Shown here piece after piece: positions 1 through 8,237 of a DNA stretch of 64,000 nucleotides (its first letter is position 1; every line of letters begins with the position of its first letter). The notes under the pieces are model-generated. The model was not told the origin of the DNA. It was given only the letters and a program-made list of their open reading frames with translations, and did no database searches. The DNA lies in assembly GCA_038207395.1 (NCBI GenBank), contig JBBQZW010000001.1:13530-77529 (forward strand), written 5' to 3'. The translations under genes were made by a program, and so were the position numbers. Source of the stretch: Minisyncoccia bacterium (GTDB lineage Bacteria > Patescibacteriota > Minisyncoccia > Phycocordibacterales > Phycocordibacteraceae).

Positions 1-137
1 ACAAGGTAATCGTACTCTTCAGTCCCCACAGCATCGTGATATTCATTTTCAAATGAACTGTACCGCTCCACTTCTCTAAGCAGCTTTATTAACATCGCTC
101 GCATGCTTCTGTTGAAGTTATTACGACTTGTAGTCAT
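1..137 (-). CDS. partial hypothetical protein (N-terminal 45 aa visible; gene continues beyond window start)
   Basis: Minus-strand ATG at 137 gives MTTSRNNFNRSMRAMLIKLLREVERYSSFENEYHDAVGTEEYDYL... with no stop before position 1. It is co-directional with and directly downstream of the Xis-like gene. Confidence 0.3.
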   Translation of the reverse strand, partial: MTTSRNNFNRSMRAMLIKLLREVERYSSFENEYHDAVGTEEYDYL

Positions 138-141
138 AAGC

Positions 142-336
142 TTAGGTCTTGGCATTGTGAAGAAACCGGTTGAACTCTGTCTTATCAATGCGGAACTCCT
201 TTCCAATCTTGTAAGCCATGAGCTTACCCGCTTTGATATAGCGGTAGATGGTCATCACGTTTAACGAGAGAACGTCAGCAAGCTCGTTAGCTGTGTAATA
301 TTCTTTCGTTTTTGCCATATTAGGTACTTTTATCAT
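142..336 (-). CDS. small helix-turn-helix DNA-binding protein, MerR/excisionase (Xis)-like
   Basis: 64 aa. ...YTANELADVLSLNVMTIYRYIKAGKLMAYKIGKEFRI... is a typical excisionase/MerR-type HTH. Its stop overlaps the Rep-like gene by 4 nt. Confidence 0.55.
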   Translation of the reverse strand: MIKVPNMAKTKEYYTANELADVLSLNVMTIYRYIKAGKLMAYKIGKEFRIDKTEFNRFLHNAKT

Positions 337-1535
337 ACTTTACTTTTGTTTACATTCAACGAATAGGGTTGATAACTCGATAAGGTCTTCTTAACTTGCC
401 CATACCACTCGCGCGGTTGCATCTTATGTAGGTCAGACGCTATCTCGCGCAGGTCTCCAGAGTGTCGATACCAGCTTCTGTCGTCAGTACGCTTATCTAG
501 TAGAGACCTTAGCTCACGGAGCCCGTTCTCATCCCGAGCTAGCAATAAGAGGCCAGTAAGGTAGATAGCCGTCTTTCCTTTTGCGCTTTTACGCGCAACG
601 AGAATGCGTCTGAGCAAGTCCTTTGGTGTATAGGCGTGTGAGAAAAGTGGAATGCTATAGCCAGCTATCATTGTTTCCCAGTAGTGGTTAACCACCTTCT
701 TGCTTTTCGCTTTTGAGAACACTTGCCGGAAAGTAGGATTTTCTTCAAAGCCAAGCTGTTTGAAGAGAGTGTTCAACCTTCTTTTTTGGCTTAATCGAAC
801 TTCTAGCCGTAGGATTTCCTGTTCTTTCTTCAGCTCCTTAAACAAGCTCATTTGGTGCTGGGTCTGGTCTTTATCTATGGCTCGTTTCTTTCCTTTTGCG
901 AGGTCAGCTACCTTGTCATAGATAACGAATGAATGGGCTACGGAGTAGAGATATAAACTCTGTCCGTCATTCATGAAGCGAGCACGAGCAAGGTCGAAAC
1001 GCTTATTGAGATTGACCTTGCCCAGCTCGGTTATTACGTACTGTGCTGAATAACCGTCGGCTAACTCGATATTCTTTGAATAGTGAACCGCACTGACAGG
1101 AGCGTTCCTTAGCACGTCGAGCGGTATTACAACTCCCATCATACGCAGTCGCTCATCCAGTACTTCTACAACACGGTCAAAGTTGCTATCGCGCAGCTCC
1201 TCGAGATTATTCTTATAGAGAAGCTTAGGAACAGAGAACTCGATTTTGATGCTTGATTGCCAGGCAAGCTTTCCTTCTGCTCGACGAATGCCAGTAAGAC
1301 GTGGAAAGTACATGCCCTTGTCGAGGTCTTTGCTCGACGGGTTCTTTACGTACTTATCATAGGTTTTGGTACGCGCCTGCAGGTTCCACCGGTCAACTCC
1401 ATAGCCCGTCATATCAAGCATCATGGCCTTATCTCGTGGAAGAGTAAGTATCACGGTATCAATCATGACTTTCTTTTGATGCATCCTCATACCGCTCCGG
1501 CTCAAGTCGCAAGTCGATTTTATAGAGCAGGTCAA
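333..1535 (-). CDS. putative replication initiation protein (Rep_trans/RstA-like rolling-circle initiator) of a mobile element
   Basis: 400 aa. N-terminal MIDTVILTLP resembles the conserved start of Rep_trans initiators (IDWLSFT.P). Basic C-terminus. Paired with the Xis-like HTH gene. Family assignment from memory only. Confidence 0.4.
   Translation of the reverse strand: MTCSIKSTCDLSRSGMRMHQKKVMIDTVILTLPRDKAMMLDMTGYGVDRWNLQARTKTYDKYVKNPSSKDLDKGMYFPRLTGIRRAEGKLAWQSSIKIEFSVPKLLYKNNLEELRDSNFDRVVEVLDERLRMMGVVIPLDVLRNAPVSAVHYSKNIELADGYSAQYVITELGKVNLNKRFDLARARFMNDGQSLYLYSVAHSFVIYDKVADLAKGKKRAIDKDQTQHQMSLFKELKKEQEILRLEVRLSQKRRLNTLFKQLGFEENPTFRQVFSKAKSKKVVNHYWETMIAGYSIPLFSHAYTPKDLLRRILVARKSAKGKTAIYLTGLLLLARDENGLRELRSLLDKRTDDRSWYRHSGDLREIASDLHKMQPREWYGQVKKTLSSYQPYSLNVNKSKV
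337..357 (-). promoter_or_regulatory. conserved leader motif copy 1 (minus strand ATGTAAACAAAAGTAAAGT immediately 5' of ATG)
   Basis: 18/19 nt identical to the motif at 2429..2450. Both sit directly upstream of minus-strand start codons. Confidence 0.5.
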
Positions 1536-1596
1536 AGAACCCTACGAAGTTAGTTCGTGCTTCGAAGTCGTCAAATATCTGTTCTACTAATGTAGT

Positions 1597-1630
1597 TTGC
1601 TCTTCCACGAGCAAACATTAGCCAGAAAGG
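1597..1630. promoter_or_regulatory. imperfect inverted repeat upstream of the Rep-like gene (possible operator or origin element)
   Basis: ctaatgtagtttgctc / gagcaaacattag arms separated by ttccac, about 60 nt upstream of the Rep-like start. Confidence 0.3.
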
Positions 1631-1675
1631 ATGGACAGGGATAAGAAACTTCTGCAGACAGATGAAAAGAACTGC

Positions 1676-2428
1676 CTACACTTCTTTTCGCTTCTGCTTT
1701 TCCAGAGAGATGATTTTGGAAATATGCCCGTAATCAATAACGGCTTCAGAGCCAAACTTATCAGCAATGGCTTCCATTATTTTCCTGCGCGGCAGGTTCC
1801 GGTTCTCATATATAAAGTCATTACGCTCCTGAACCTTAGGGTTTTTCTTTTTAACCTTTCCAATCTTCTGTCCCGTAGCATCCTTTAAATAGTGCTCTTG
1901 CATCTGCTTGATAAATACATCGTGCTTCTCTATGAAGTCGATTATGTCCCTCTGGGTTGCCTGAGGGCTTATGCGAATGGCTAACGGATAGAAGCGGTTA
2001 TCTGCTTCTTGTATTTCTTTACTAAACGGGTCTTCACCTTCGCTCTGCAGGTCTACTAGCAGACATAAGTCAGCTCCATGCATTGCTTCAAGGGGCTCAT
2101 TGTAGAACAGCACAGATTGGATGGGGTCAGACCAATAAACGAAATGTAGGCCATAGTCGGCACACATTTTTTCAACATCTTTCCATAACTCTCTATTTGT
2201 ATCGCTGTGGCTATGTACCCACTCCCTAGGCGGCACCGTCCTATTATCCACTTGAGGAAAGCCGTTTACAGGTATCTCATACTTCTTTCTAAGTTCTAGT
2301 ACCCTTTCTTGAAAACGCGTCGTTCTAACTACTTCTTTAGCGTAGTTTTCAATCTTTACCCGTCCTTGGCTGTTCCAAGATTTCTCGAAAGCAAGTTGAG
2401 CGCTCGTTGGGATTTCATCCTCGTACAT
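1676..2428 (-). CDS. hypothetical protein (mobile-element associated)
   Basis: 250-aa ORF with no recognisable domain. Carries the same conserved leader motif as the Xis-like gene. Confidence 0.45.
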   Translation of the reverse strand: MYEDEIPTSAQLAFEKSWNSQGRVKIENYAKEVVRTTRFQERVLELRKKYEIPVNGFPQVDNRTVPPREWVHSHSDTNRELWKDVEKMCADYGLHFVYWSDPIQSVLFYNEPLEAMHGADLCLLVDLQSEGEDPFSKEIQEADNRFYPLAIRISPQATQRDIIDFIEKHDVFIKQMQEHYLKDATGQKIGKVKKKNPKVQERNDFIYENRNLPRRKIMEAIADKFGSEAVIDYGHISKIISLEKQKRKEV

Positions 2429-2450
2429 TACTTTACTTTAGTTTACATAT
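2429..2450 (-). promoter_or_regulatory. conserved leader motif copy 2 (minus strand ATGTAAACTAAAGTAAAGTA immediately 5' of ATG)
   Basis: Near-identical to 337..357. Confidence 0.5.
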
Positions 2451-2563
2451 CCCGTCAGTTCAATACGTGCTGGTATGCTTGACATTGGCTTATTCATATG
2501 TTATATGTATGTACAGGCACGAACCATAGGTTCGCTTCTTTCCAGATTTCTTAGGAGGCACAA

Positions 2564-2908
2564 ATGAGCAGTTTTCAGATTACTGGCATTCTTTTGTCAG
2601 TCCATGCTATCGAGGTCGAACATACTGACCTCGGTAAGCGTGAGACCGGAAGGCGCTGCTTTGCGGACAGCCGCTTCTTCTCGAAGCCGTTATTCGTTCC
2701 TCGCATCGGAGAACAGGTTTCTCTCAACTCAACTTCGGGAGTTATGGGTAGGGTTATCGACCTGTGGAGTACCATCACCACCCTGCCCATGCAGTCAGTC
2801 CAGCTCACTGTGGAGGTGAATGTCGGCGATGTCGATAAGCTTGTTTCCGCTAAGTGGAAGCGCACTTCCAAGAAGTTGCCGTCTAAGAAGACCCCTAGTT
2901 CCAACTAG
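2564..2908 (+). CDS. hypothetical protein
   Basis: 114 aa. Strong SD (ttaggaggcacaaATG). Chosen over the antisense ORF 2575..2904. Confidence 0.5.
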   Translation: MSSFQITGILLSVHAIEVEHTDLGKRETGRRCFADSRFFSKPLFVPRIGEQVSLNSTSGVMGRVIDLWSTITTLPMQSVQLTVEVNVGDVDKLVSAKWKRTSKKLPSKKTPSSN

Positions 2909-3014
2909 CTTCAAACCGAATTGGGAGCACGGTTAATTGCTCCCCTCTATTGAGCCCGCAAGTTCACTTGTTGTCTCATCGAGTACAGTTCTTCACACCA
3001 ACCAGGAGGGATTT

Positions 3015-3380
3015 ATGGCCTATCGCGACAACGTATCTGCTTTGGCAGCAAAGTTCGGCATCTCGAATGACACAGGTCTCCGCGAGGAAGACCTGAAAAT
3101 CGCCGAACTGCGCTTCATCGACGACCAAGGAAACGTCCTTACGACAATCCAAGCAACGCCCATGAATAAGGGAGGGCGGCTTTTCTTTCAAGCTCTCGGT
3201 ACTATCACTCTCGAGGACGAAGACCGTATGGCTTCGTTGCACGTCAACGAACGCTTGCGCTCGGAAGCAGCTCGGCACTTTGCTGAGCTATGGGAACCCA
3301 ATCCCGAACCTGGCAAGCGCGTATTGCTTGATGCCATTCGCGACCCTCGGCATGCCGAAGTTGAGATTGGCTGGAAATAG
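3015..3380 (+). CDS. hypothetical protein
   Basis: Internal ATG (MAYRDNV...) preceded by caGGAGGGatttATG. Followed by an intrinsic terminator. Confidence 0.5.
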   Translation: MAYRDNVSALAAKFGISNDTGLREEDLKIAELRFIDDQGNVLTTIQATPMNKGGRLFFQALGTITLEDEDRMASLHVNERLRSEAARHFAELWEPNPEPGKRVLLDAIRDPRHAEVEIGWK

Positions 3381-3419
3381 CCAGTTTCGGCGAACCGATA
3401 CTACATAAAAACTCGCACC

Positions 3420-3458
3420 GAACCCCAGCGAGTATAAATAAGGGGTTCTTTTCTTTTT
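3420..3458 (+). terminator. rho-independent terminator
   Basis: gaacccc ... ggggttc stem followed by ttttcttttt. Confidence 0.6.
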
Positions 3459-3530
3459 ATGCAAAAGTGAATATTCCTAATTCTCTCTCAATTTGTGCCC
3501 AGTTCAGAGTTCTAAACTTGTCCAGCATGG

Positions 3531-3583
3531 GGAGCCAAATAAAAACACCAGAGATATATGCTCTGGTGTTTTTATTTGGCTCC
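3531..3583. repeat. perfect 23-bp-arm palindrome (ggagccaaataaaaacaccagag-atatatg-ctctggtgtttttatttggctcc)
   Basis: The arms are exact reverse complements, read directly from the sequence. The loop contains a TATAT element. Confidence 0.9.
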
Positions 3584-3632
3584 GCTCACACAGACATTTT
3601 GCGCCTGTATTGGATTTGATATAGTTATAGTA

Positions 3633-3812
3633 ATGAACATATTTAACTTCGGCGAAAAGAAAGAACCTAAAAAGAACTCAGGAGAAACGTCAGACATGAC
3701 TCCGTACGGCACTTCAGGTACTCATTTGGTAGATGACTCAACGGACTCAGCAAGCTGTGACTCTTCAAGTGATGGAGGTTCTTCTGACGGAGGTTGTGGG
3801 GGCGGTGAGTAA
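3633..3812 (+). CDS. candidate small peptide with a Cys/Ser/Gly/Asp-rich C-terminus (possibly 38 aa from ATG 3696)
   Basis: MNIFNFGEKKEPKKNSGETSDMTPYGTSGTHLVDDSTDSASCDSSSDGGSSDGGCGGGE. The internal ATG at 3696 is preceded by AGGAGA. Low complexity, so it may not be expressed. Confidence 0.25.
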   Translation: MNIFNFGEKKEPKKNSGETSDMTPYGTSGTHLVDDSTDSASCDSSSDGGSSDGGCGGGE

Positions 3813-3854
3813 GGAGGTAGTAAGTACTACCGCTTACTCTGATAGTATGCAAAC

Positions 3855-4700
3855 ATGACCGTACGTCGTTTACTTCGTATTAGCCGCCCACGCTTTTGGC
3901 TGTATGAGCTTGGTACGTTTGTGGTGGGGGTAGTTGCTGCATACGCGCACGGCGCACCTGCTTCCAGCATACTTTCCATCAGTACCGCGGCATTCTTTGC
4001 GTATTTTCTCTTTCCGGCAAATCTCTACATTTACGGAATTAATGATATCTACGATTACGAAACTGATCGCTTGAATCCAAAAAAGACTGCATATGAGGCT
4101 CTTGTAATGCCCGATGAGCACGCCACGCTGTGGCGTGCCATTCTAATCACCACTATTCCGTTCGCCGCTTTCCTCATGGGCGCTCCAATTTCTGCGTGGA
4201 TTGCATTCAGTGTATTTTTGTTCTTCGCGTGTTTCTATTCTGCTCCCCCGATACGGGCAAAAATACGGCCTGGGCTTGATAGCCTTTTTAGTGCTGGACA
4301 TTATGTTGCCACGGGAGTCTTTGGATATCTTCTTGTCGGAGCCACGAGTCTCAGCTATCTTCCTGTAGCCGCAGCAATGTTCTGGGCTATTGCCATGCAT
4401 GCATATTCCGCAGTTCCTGATATTCAGGCAGATAGTGAAGGAGGGCTTGCAACTATTGCCACTAGCTTAGGCAAACAAGGAACTATTCTTGTGTGTCTTG
4501 TCCTGTATACACTTGCCAGTGTCATGGCTCTTCCGTATCTTGGCGTATCCGTCCTACTCCTAGGTGCCGTGTACACCGCGCTTATGGTACTTTCGCTTTT
4601 TGCTCGTAGTGAAAAGACCTTGTTCTCCATATACAAGGTCTTTCCAACAGTAAACGCCTTAGCAGGAATGGCGATATTTTTCCTTACGCTGTATCACTAG
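3855..4700 (+). CDS. UbiA-family prenyltransferase (integral membrane), candidate lycopene elongase/carotenoid prenyltransferase
   Basis: 281 aa, multi-TM. NDIYDYETD (NDxxDxxxD) and DIQAD (DxxxD) motifs. Divergent from the crtIBE genes. Confidence 0.8.
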   Translation: MTVRRLLRISRPRFWLYELGTFVVGVVAAYAHGAPASSILSISTAAFFAYFLFPANLYIYGINDIYDYETDRLNPKKTAYEALVMPDEHATLWRAILITTIPFAAFLMGAPISAWIAFSVFLFFACFYSAPPIRAKIRPGLDSLFSAGHYVATGVFGYLLVGATSLSYLPVAAAMFWAIAMHAYSAVPDIQADSEGGLATIATSLGKQGTILVCLVLYTLASVMALPYLGVSVLLLGAVYTALMVLSLFARSEKTLFSIYKVFPTVNALAGMAIFFLTLYH

Positions 4701-6201
4701 GAATCATTTCAGTGAGTGGTTCTGGCGTTTTAATTCCCATGATGCGCTTGTACGCGAGTTCGGCCGAAATAAGACAGATCGGCATACCAATGCCGGGATT
4801 TGTACCGGCTCCTACGTAGTAGAGATTCGAGACCTTCTTACTTACGTTATTTGGGCGGAAGGTCGCCGTTTGCCCTAAGGTGTGAGCAAGCCCGAGCGCA
4901 CTTCCTCCAAGTGAGTGGTAGTCACGGGTAAAGTCGTCAGGAGTATACGTGCGAATATATTCAATACGCGAACGAAGATTTGGGATTTTCATTTCCACCT
5001 CAAGCATTTCAAGTATCTTCGTTTGGTATGCTTCAAGCATCTCTGCAGAATATTCCACACCAGCTCCTATCGGTACTAAGACAAAGAGATTTTCTTTTCC
5101 AGCAGGTGCAACGCTTTTATCGGTCTTAGAGGGACAGCACACGTAAAATGAAGGAGCATTCGGCAGAGTTGGTGACTCAAATATTTCATCAAAGTTTTTC
5201 TTCCAGTCTTTTGCGAAGAATAGGTTGTGGTGCACCAGTGAGTCTACTGACCCATCAACCCCTAAATACATAATGAATGCAGAAGGTGCGAGTGTTCGGT
5301 TCTTCCAATACGACGCCTTAAAACTTTGATCCTTCGAACTAAGAAGTGCTGTTTCAGTGTGCGCAATGTCAGCGTTCGAGATAATCAAGTCTGCGGTAAG
5401 TTTCTCCCCATTCGTGAGTATCACACCCGTTGCAACTCTTCCCTTTGTTTCTATATGGGAGACTTCAGTATCAGTGCGGATCTCTGCGCCATACTTTCTT
5501 GCAATGCCTCCAAGCACTTCTATGAGACGATATATACCTCCTTCTGGGTAGTACACACCCATATTGAAATCAATATGACTCATTATGTTGTAGAGCGCAG
5601 GAGTCTTATAGGGAGAACTTCCGAGAAACACGAGCTGATACTGCATTATCTTCTGCACCATGTCTGATTTGAAGAATTTCTTTACGTATGTGTCCATGGT
5701 TGAAAATACGGAAAGTTTACGTCCCTCCACCATGGTTCTTTTATTAAAGAAGTCCATGAATGAGTCATAGTTCTTGTACATAAATTCGTTCGTCGCAACA
5801 TCATACTGATATGCGGATTGTGCAACGTATTCCTTGAGCTTTGTTCCACTTCCCGGCTCAAGGGTTTCAAATAAAGCTGCTGCTTTTTCTATATCTGCTT
5901 CAACATCAATAGGTTCATCCTGGTCTTTGAAGTAGATACGGTAGGAAGGTGAAAGCTTTTGCAAATGTAAGTGTTCTTCAATTGGTTCACCAAGTAACGT
6001 AAAAAAGTGCTGGAACACGTCTGGCATTAAGTACCACGAAGGCCCCATATCAAAGCGGTATCCTTCTGCTTCAAACACGTTTGCACGGCCTCCAATGTTC
6101 TTGTTCTTTTCTAGTACCGTTACGTGATAACCTTGTTTTGCCAGCAAACAGGCGGTACCAAGTCCCCCAATACCTGAACCGATGATAAGTGCTTTTTTCA
6201 T
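4684..6201 (-). CDS. crtI: phytoene desaturase family (CrtI-like) FAD-dependent oxidoreductase
   Basis: 505 aa. N-terminal GSGIGGLGTACLLAKQG dinucleotide-binding motif. CrtI/CrtN family similarity along its length. 3' end overlaps the ubiA-like gene by 17 nt (convergent). Confidence 0.85.
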   Translation of the reverse strand: MKKALIIGSGIGGLGTACLLAKQGYHVTVLEKNKNIGGRANVFEAEGYRFDMGPSWYLMPDVFQHFFTLLGEPIEEHLHLQKLSPSYRIYFKDQDEPIDVEADIEKAAALFETLEPGSGTKLKEYVAQSAYQYDVATNEFMYKNYDSFMDFFNKRTMVEGRKLSVFSTMDTYVKKFFKSDMVQKIMQYQLVFLGSSPYKTPALYNIMSHIDFNMGVYYPEGGIYRLIEVLGGIARKYGAEIRTDTEVSHIETKGRVATGVILTNGEKLTADLIISNADIAHTETALLSSKDQSFKASYWKNRTLAPSAFIMYLGVDGSVDSLVHHNLFFAKDWKKNFDEIFESPTLPNAPSFYVCCPSKTDKSVAPAGKENLFVLVPIGAGVEYSAEMLEAYQTKILEMLEVEMKIPNLRSRIEYIRTYTPDDFTRDYHSLGGSALGLAHTLGQTATFRPNNVSKKVSNLYYVGAGTNPGIGMPICLISAELAYKRIMGIKTPEPLTEMIPSDTA

Positions 6202-7061
6202 GACGAGAATATAATAGGAATAGCGTAACGAAGTTTTTGTAAAGTGGTTGTGCTGCGGCGCGCGCTAAATACATCGTAATCTGCTTCACTGATGCGGTCG
6301 AGTATTTTGCTATATAGCACTCGCGAAAGGAGAACTGCTTTTCGCCCTGGAACAGAAAGCATGGGAATACCCTTATCGGCACGCTCATAGAGCACACGTG
6401 CGCGATCAGCTTCGAATTTTAGAAGTTCCTTTAATTCAGGAGTTAGTACCGCACCTTTAACCATATCCTCAGTAACACCAAAGCGATCCATATCTTCTTT
6501 AGGGAGATAGATTCTCTCACGCTGTTCATAGTCTTCTCGAATATCACGAAGGAAGTTAGTAAGTTGCATTGCGTATCCTAAATCCGCAGCGTAGGCATAC
6601 GCATCATGGTCACTAGTTCCGATAATGTGTACAAGCATAATACCTATTACTGCAGCAGAGCCGTGCATATACTCTTTTAAGTCTTCGTACGTCTCGTAGC
6701 GCGTTACATAGGTATCGCGCAACATAGCTTCGAGGAAGGTATCCATCAAAATGGATGGGACTGAATAGGTGACAAAAGCCCATGCAGCAGCTGCCAAAAT
6801 TGGATCTTCGTGGGTTCCGGTTTGAAGCGCCTCATGCCATTCGTGTTGGAGCCTTTCGAGCCGTTCTTTTGCTTCTTCGGGGGTTTTTGATTCAGTATCA
6901 ACTATTTCATCGGCCATACGCACGAATCCATAGAGAGAATAGACGGCATCTTGAATATCTTTTGGAAACAGTTTGGTAGCGTAATAGTAGTTTGTTCCGT
7001 AGTCTTTTGTAAGTTTTTTCGCCTGGCGTATTGCCTCTACAGGCTTCGAAAATGAGCGCAT
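6198..7061 (-). CDS. crtB: phytoene synthase (squalene/phytoene synthase family)
   Basis: 287 aa. Two DxxxD motifs (ADEIVD, DIRED). YAT..LFP N-terminal signature. 4-nt overlap with crtI. Confidence 0.85.
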   Translation of the reverse strand: MRSFSKPVEAIRQAKKLTKDYGTNYYYATKLFPKDIQDAVYSLYGFVRMADEIVDTESKTPEEAKERLERLQHEWHEALQTGTHEDPILAAAAWAFVTYSVPSILMDTFLEAMLRDTYVTRYETYEDLKEYMHGSAAVIGIMLVHIIGTSDHDAYAYAADLGYAMQLTNFLRDIREDYEQRERIYLPKEDMDRFGVTEDMVKGAVLTPELKELLKFEADRARVLYERADKGIPMLSVPGRKAVLLSRVLYSKILDRISEADYDVFSARRSTTTLQKLRYAIPIIFSS

Positions 7062-7062
7062 A

Positions 7063-8115
7063 CTATGTTGTTCGTCCAGCCATACGACTAAGAAGCTCGC
7101 TCCACGCTCTCGTTAGTGATGGTGAAAAATGTTGACTCTCGAGTGCGGAGGCAGCTTCTTGGAGTTCCTTAGCTATGCGTGATCGTCCATAGCTGATTGC
7201 CCCTGTGCGTTCAAAGATTTCTTTTACTAGTCCTGTGTTTTGTTCGCCGCATTCTTTTCCAAAGCAACGAAGGAGTGCTTGAATATCCTCTGCGCTTCCG
7301 TGTGTCATAACGTAATTCGTAAAAATAGTGTGCTGCCCTTCGGAAACATCCTTCAGAGATTTCTTACCCGTTACGCTTTCGCTCCCTACAATATCTAAAA
7401 GATCGTCCTGTAGCTGAAATGCCATACCCAGAGCGGACCCAAAGACCGTACTCCACTCGTCATGCTGGCCTGACATTCCTGCAAGGGCCGCACCAAAACG
7501 AAGAGGATAAATAAAAGTGTATTGCGCAGTTTTAAGGAGTGTTTTTTTCTCAATTTCCTCGAGCGTTGTTTTTTCTTGGCCTGCAATTTTAACATCTAGC
7601 ATTTGACCAATAACGACGGCATATACCATTGCGTCAAACACACTCATGCACTTCTTTGCTACTGAGGTAGAGAGAGTTTCTGTAAGAATTTCTTTTGACC
7701 AATTAAAAACAAGATCTCCAACAAGTATTGCTTGGCTTTGTGCAGAAGCAGTATTGTTTGTCCCTTCGAGTGAGCGAGCGTATTCGTGAAGTGTGGGAAT
7801 ACCATGACGAACTGCTGCCTTGTCGATAATATCGTCATGGATAAGCGCAAACACATGAAAGAGTTCAATAGCAACAAGTATCTCTAAGACGCCTTCGTCT
7901 TCACCTCCTGCAGTCTTGTACATAAGGTAACTGACATAGGGACGGACGCGCTTGCCCCCGGCAAGCGCTATATCTTTAACATAGGCAAGAAGATACCCTA
8001 TATAGAGATCGTTCGAGAATTCAGGCGCTTTTTGAATACGGCTTGAAATTGCCTTTTCCATCAACGGATCAAATACCTGCTTAAAGGTAGTTAGGTCTAG
8101 AATGGCGGGAGTCAT
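7063..8115 (-). CDS. crtE: polyprenyl (geranylgeranyl) diphosphate synthase
   Basis: 350 aa. FARM motif LIHDDIIDK and SARM motif QLQDDLLD. Confidence 0.85.
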   Translation of the reverse strand: MTPAILDLTTFKQVFDPLMEKAISSRIQKAPEFSNDLYIGYLLAYVKDIALAGGKRVRPYVSYLMYKTAGGEDEGVLEILVAIELFHVFALIHDDIIDKAAVRHGIPTLHEYARSLEGTNNTASAQSQAILVGDLVFNWSKEILTETLSTSVAKKCMSVFDAMVYAVVIGQMLDVKIAGQEKTTLEEIEKKTLLKTAQYTFIYPLRFGAALAGMSGQHDEWSTVFGSALGMAFQLQDDLLDIVGSESVTGKKSLKDVSEGQHTIFTNYVMTHGSAEDIQALLRCFGKECGEQNTGLVKEIFERTGAISYGRSRIAKELQEAASALESQHFSPSLTRAWSELLSRMAGRTT

Positions 8116-8193
8116 GATGAGCAGTAAATAGTATTCTACCTTACAATCATTCTACTTTGGAATGAGGACAGTGAGTTAGGTAGTAAAGAATAA

Positions 8194-8220
8194 GGGCGTT
8201 CATGCTTCGCATGAACGCCC
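8194..8220 (-). terminator. rho-independent terminator (minus strand)
   Basis: gggcgttcatg-cttcg-catgaacgccc hairpin with a T-run on the minus strand. Confidence 0.55.
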
Positions 8221-8237
8221 ATCAATCCTCCCAGACA

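Noticed and set aside
2575-2904. 109-aa minus-strand ORF almost exactly antisense to the 2564..2908 plus-strand ORF
   Set aside because: The plus-strand ORF has a strong AGGAGG SD and matches the direction of the downstream gene and terminator. The antisense ORF is most likely a shadow.
3531-3583. Large palindrome considered as an IS/MITE terminal inverted repeat pair or CRISPR repeat
   Set aside because: Single hairpin with only a 7-nt loop between arms. No internal cargo and no additional copies seen in the window.
6071-6397. 108-aa minus-strand ORF spanning the crtI/crtB junction in another frame
   Set aside because: Overlaps two well-supported genes. crtI-crtB have a clean 4-nt overlap in their own frames.
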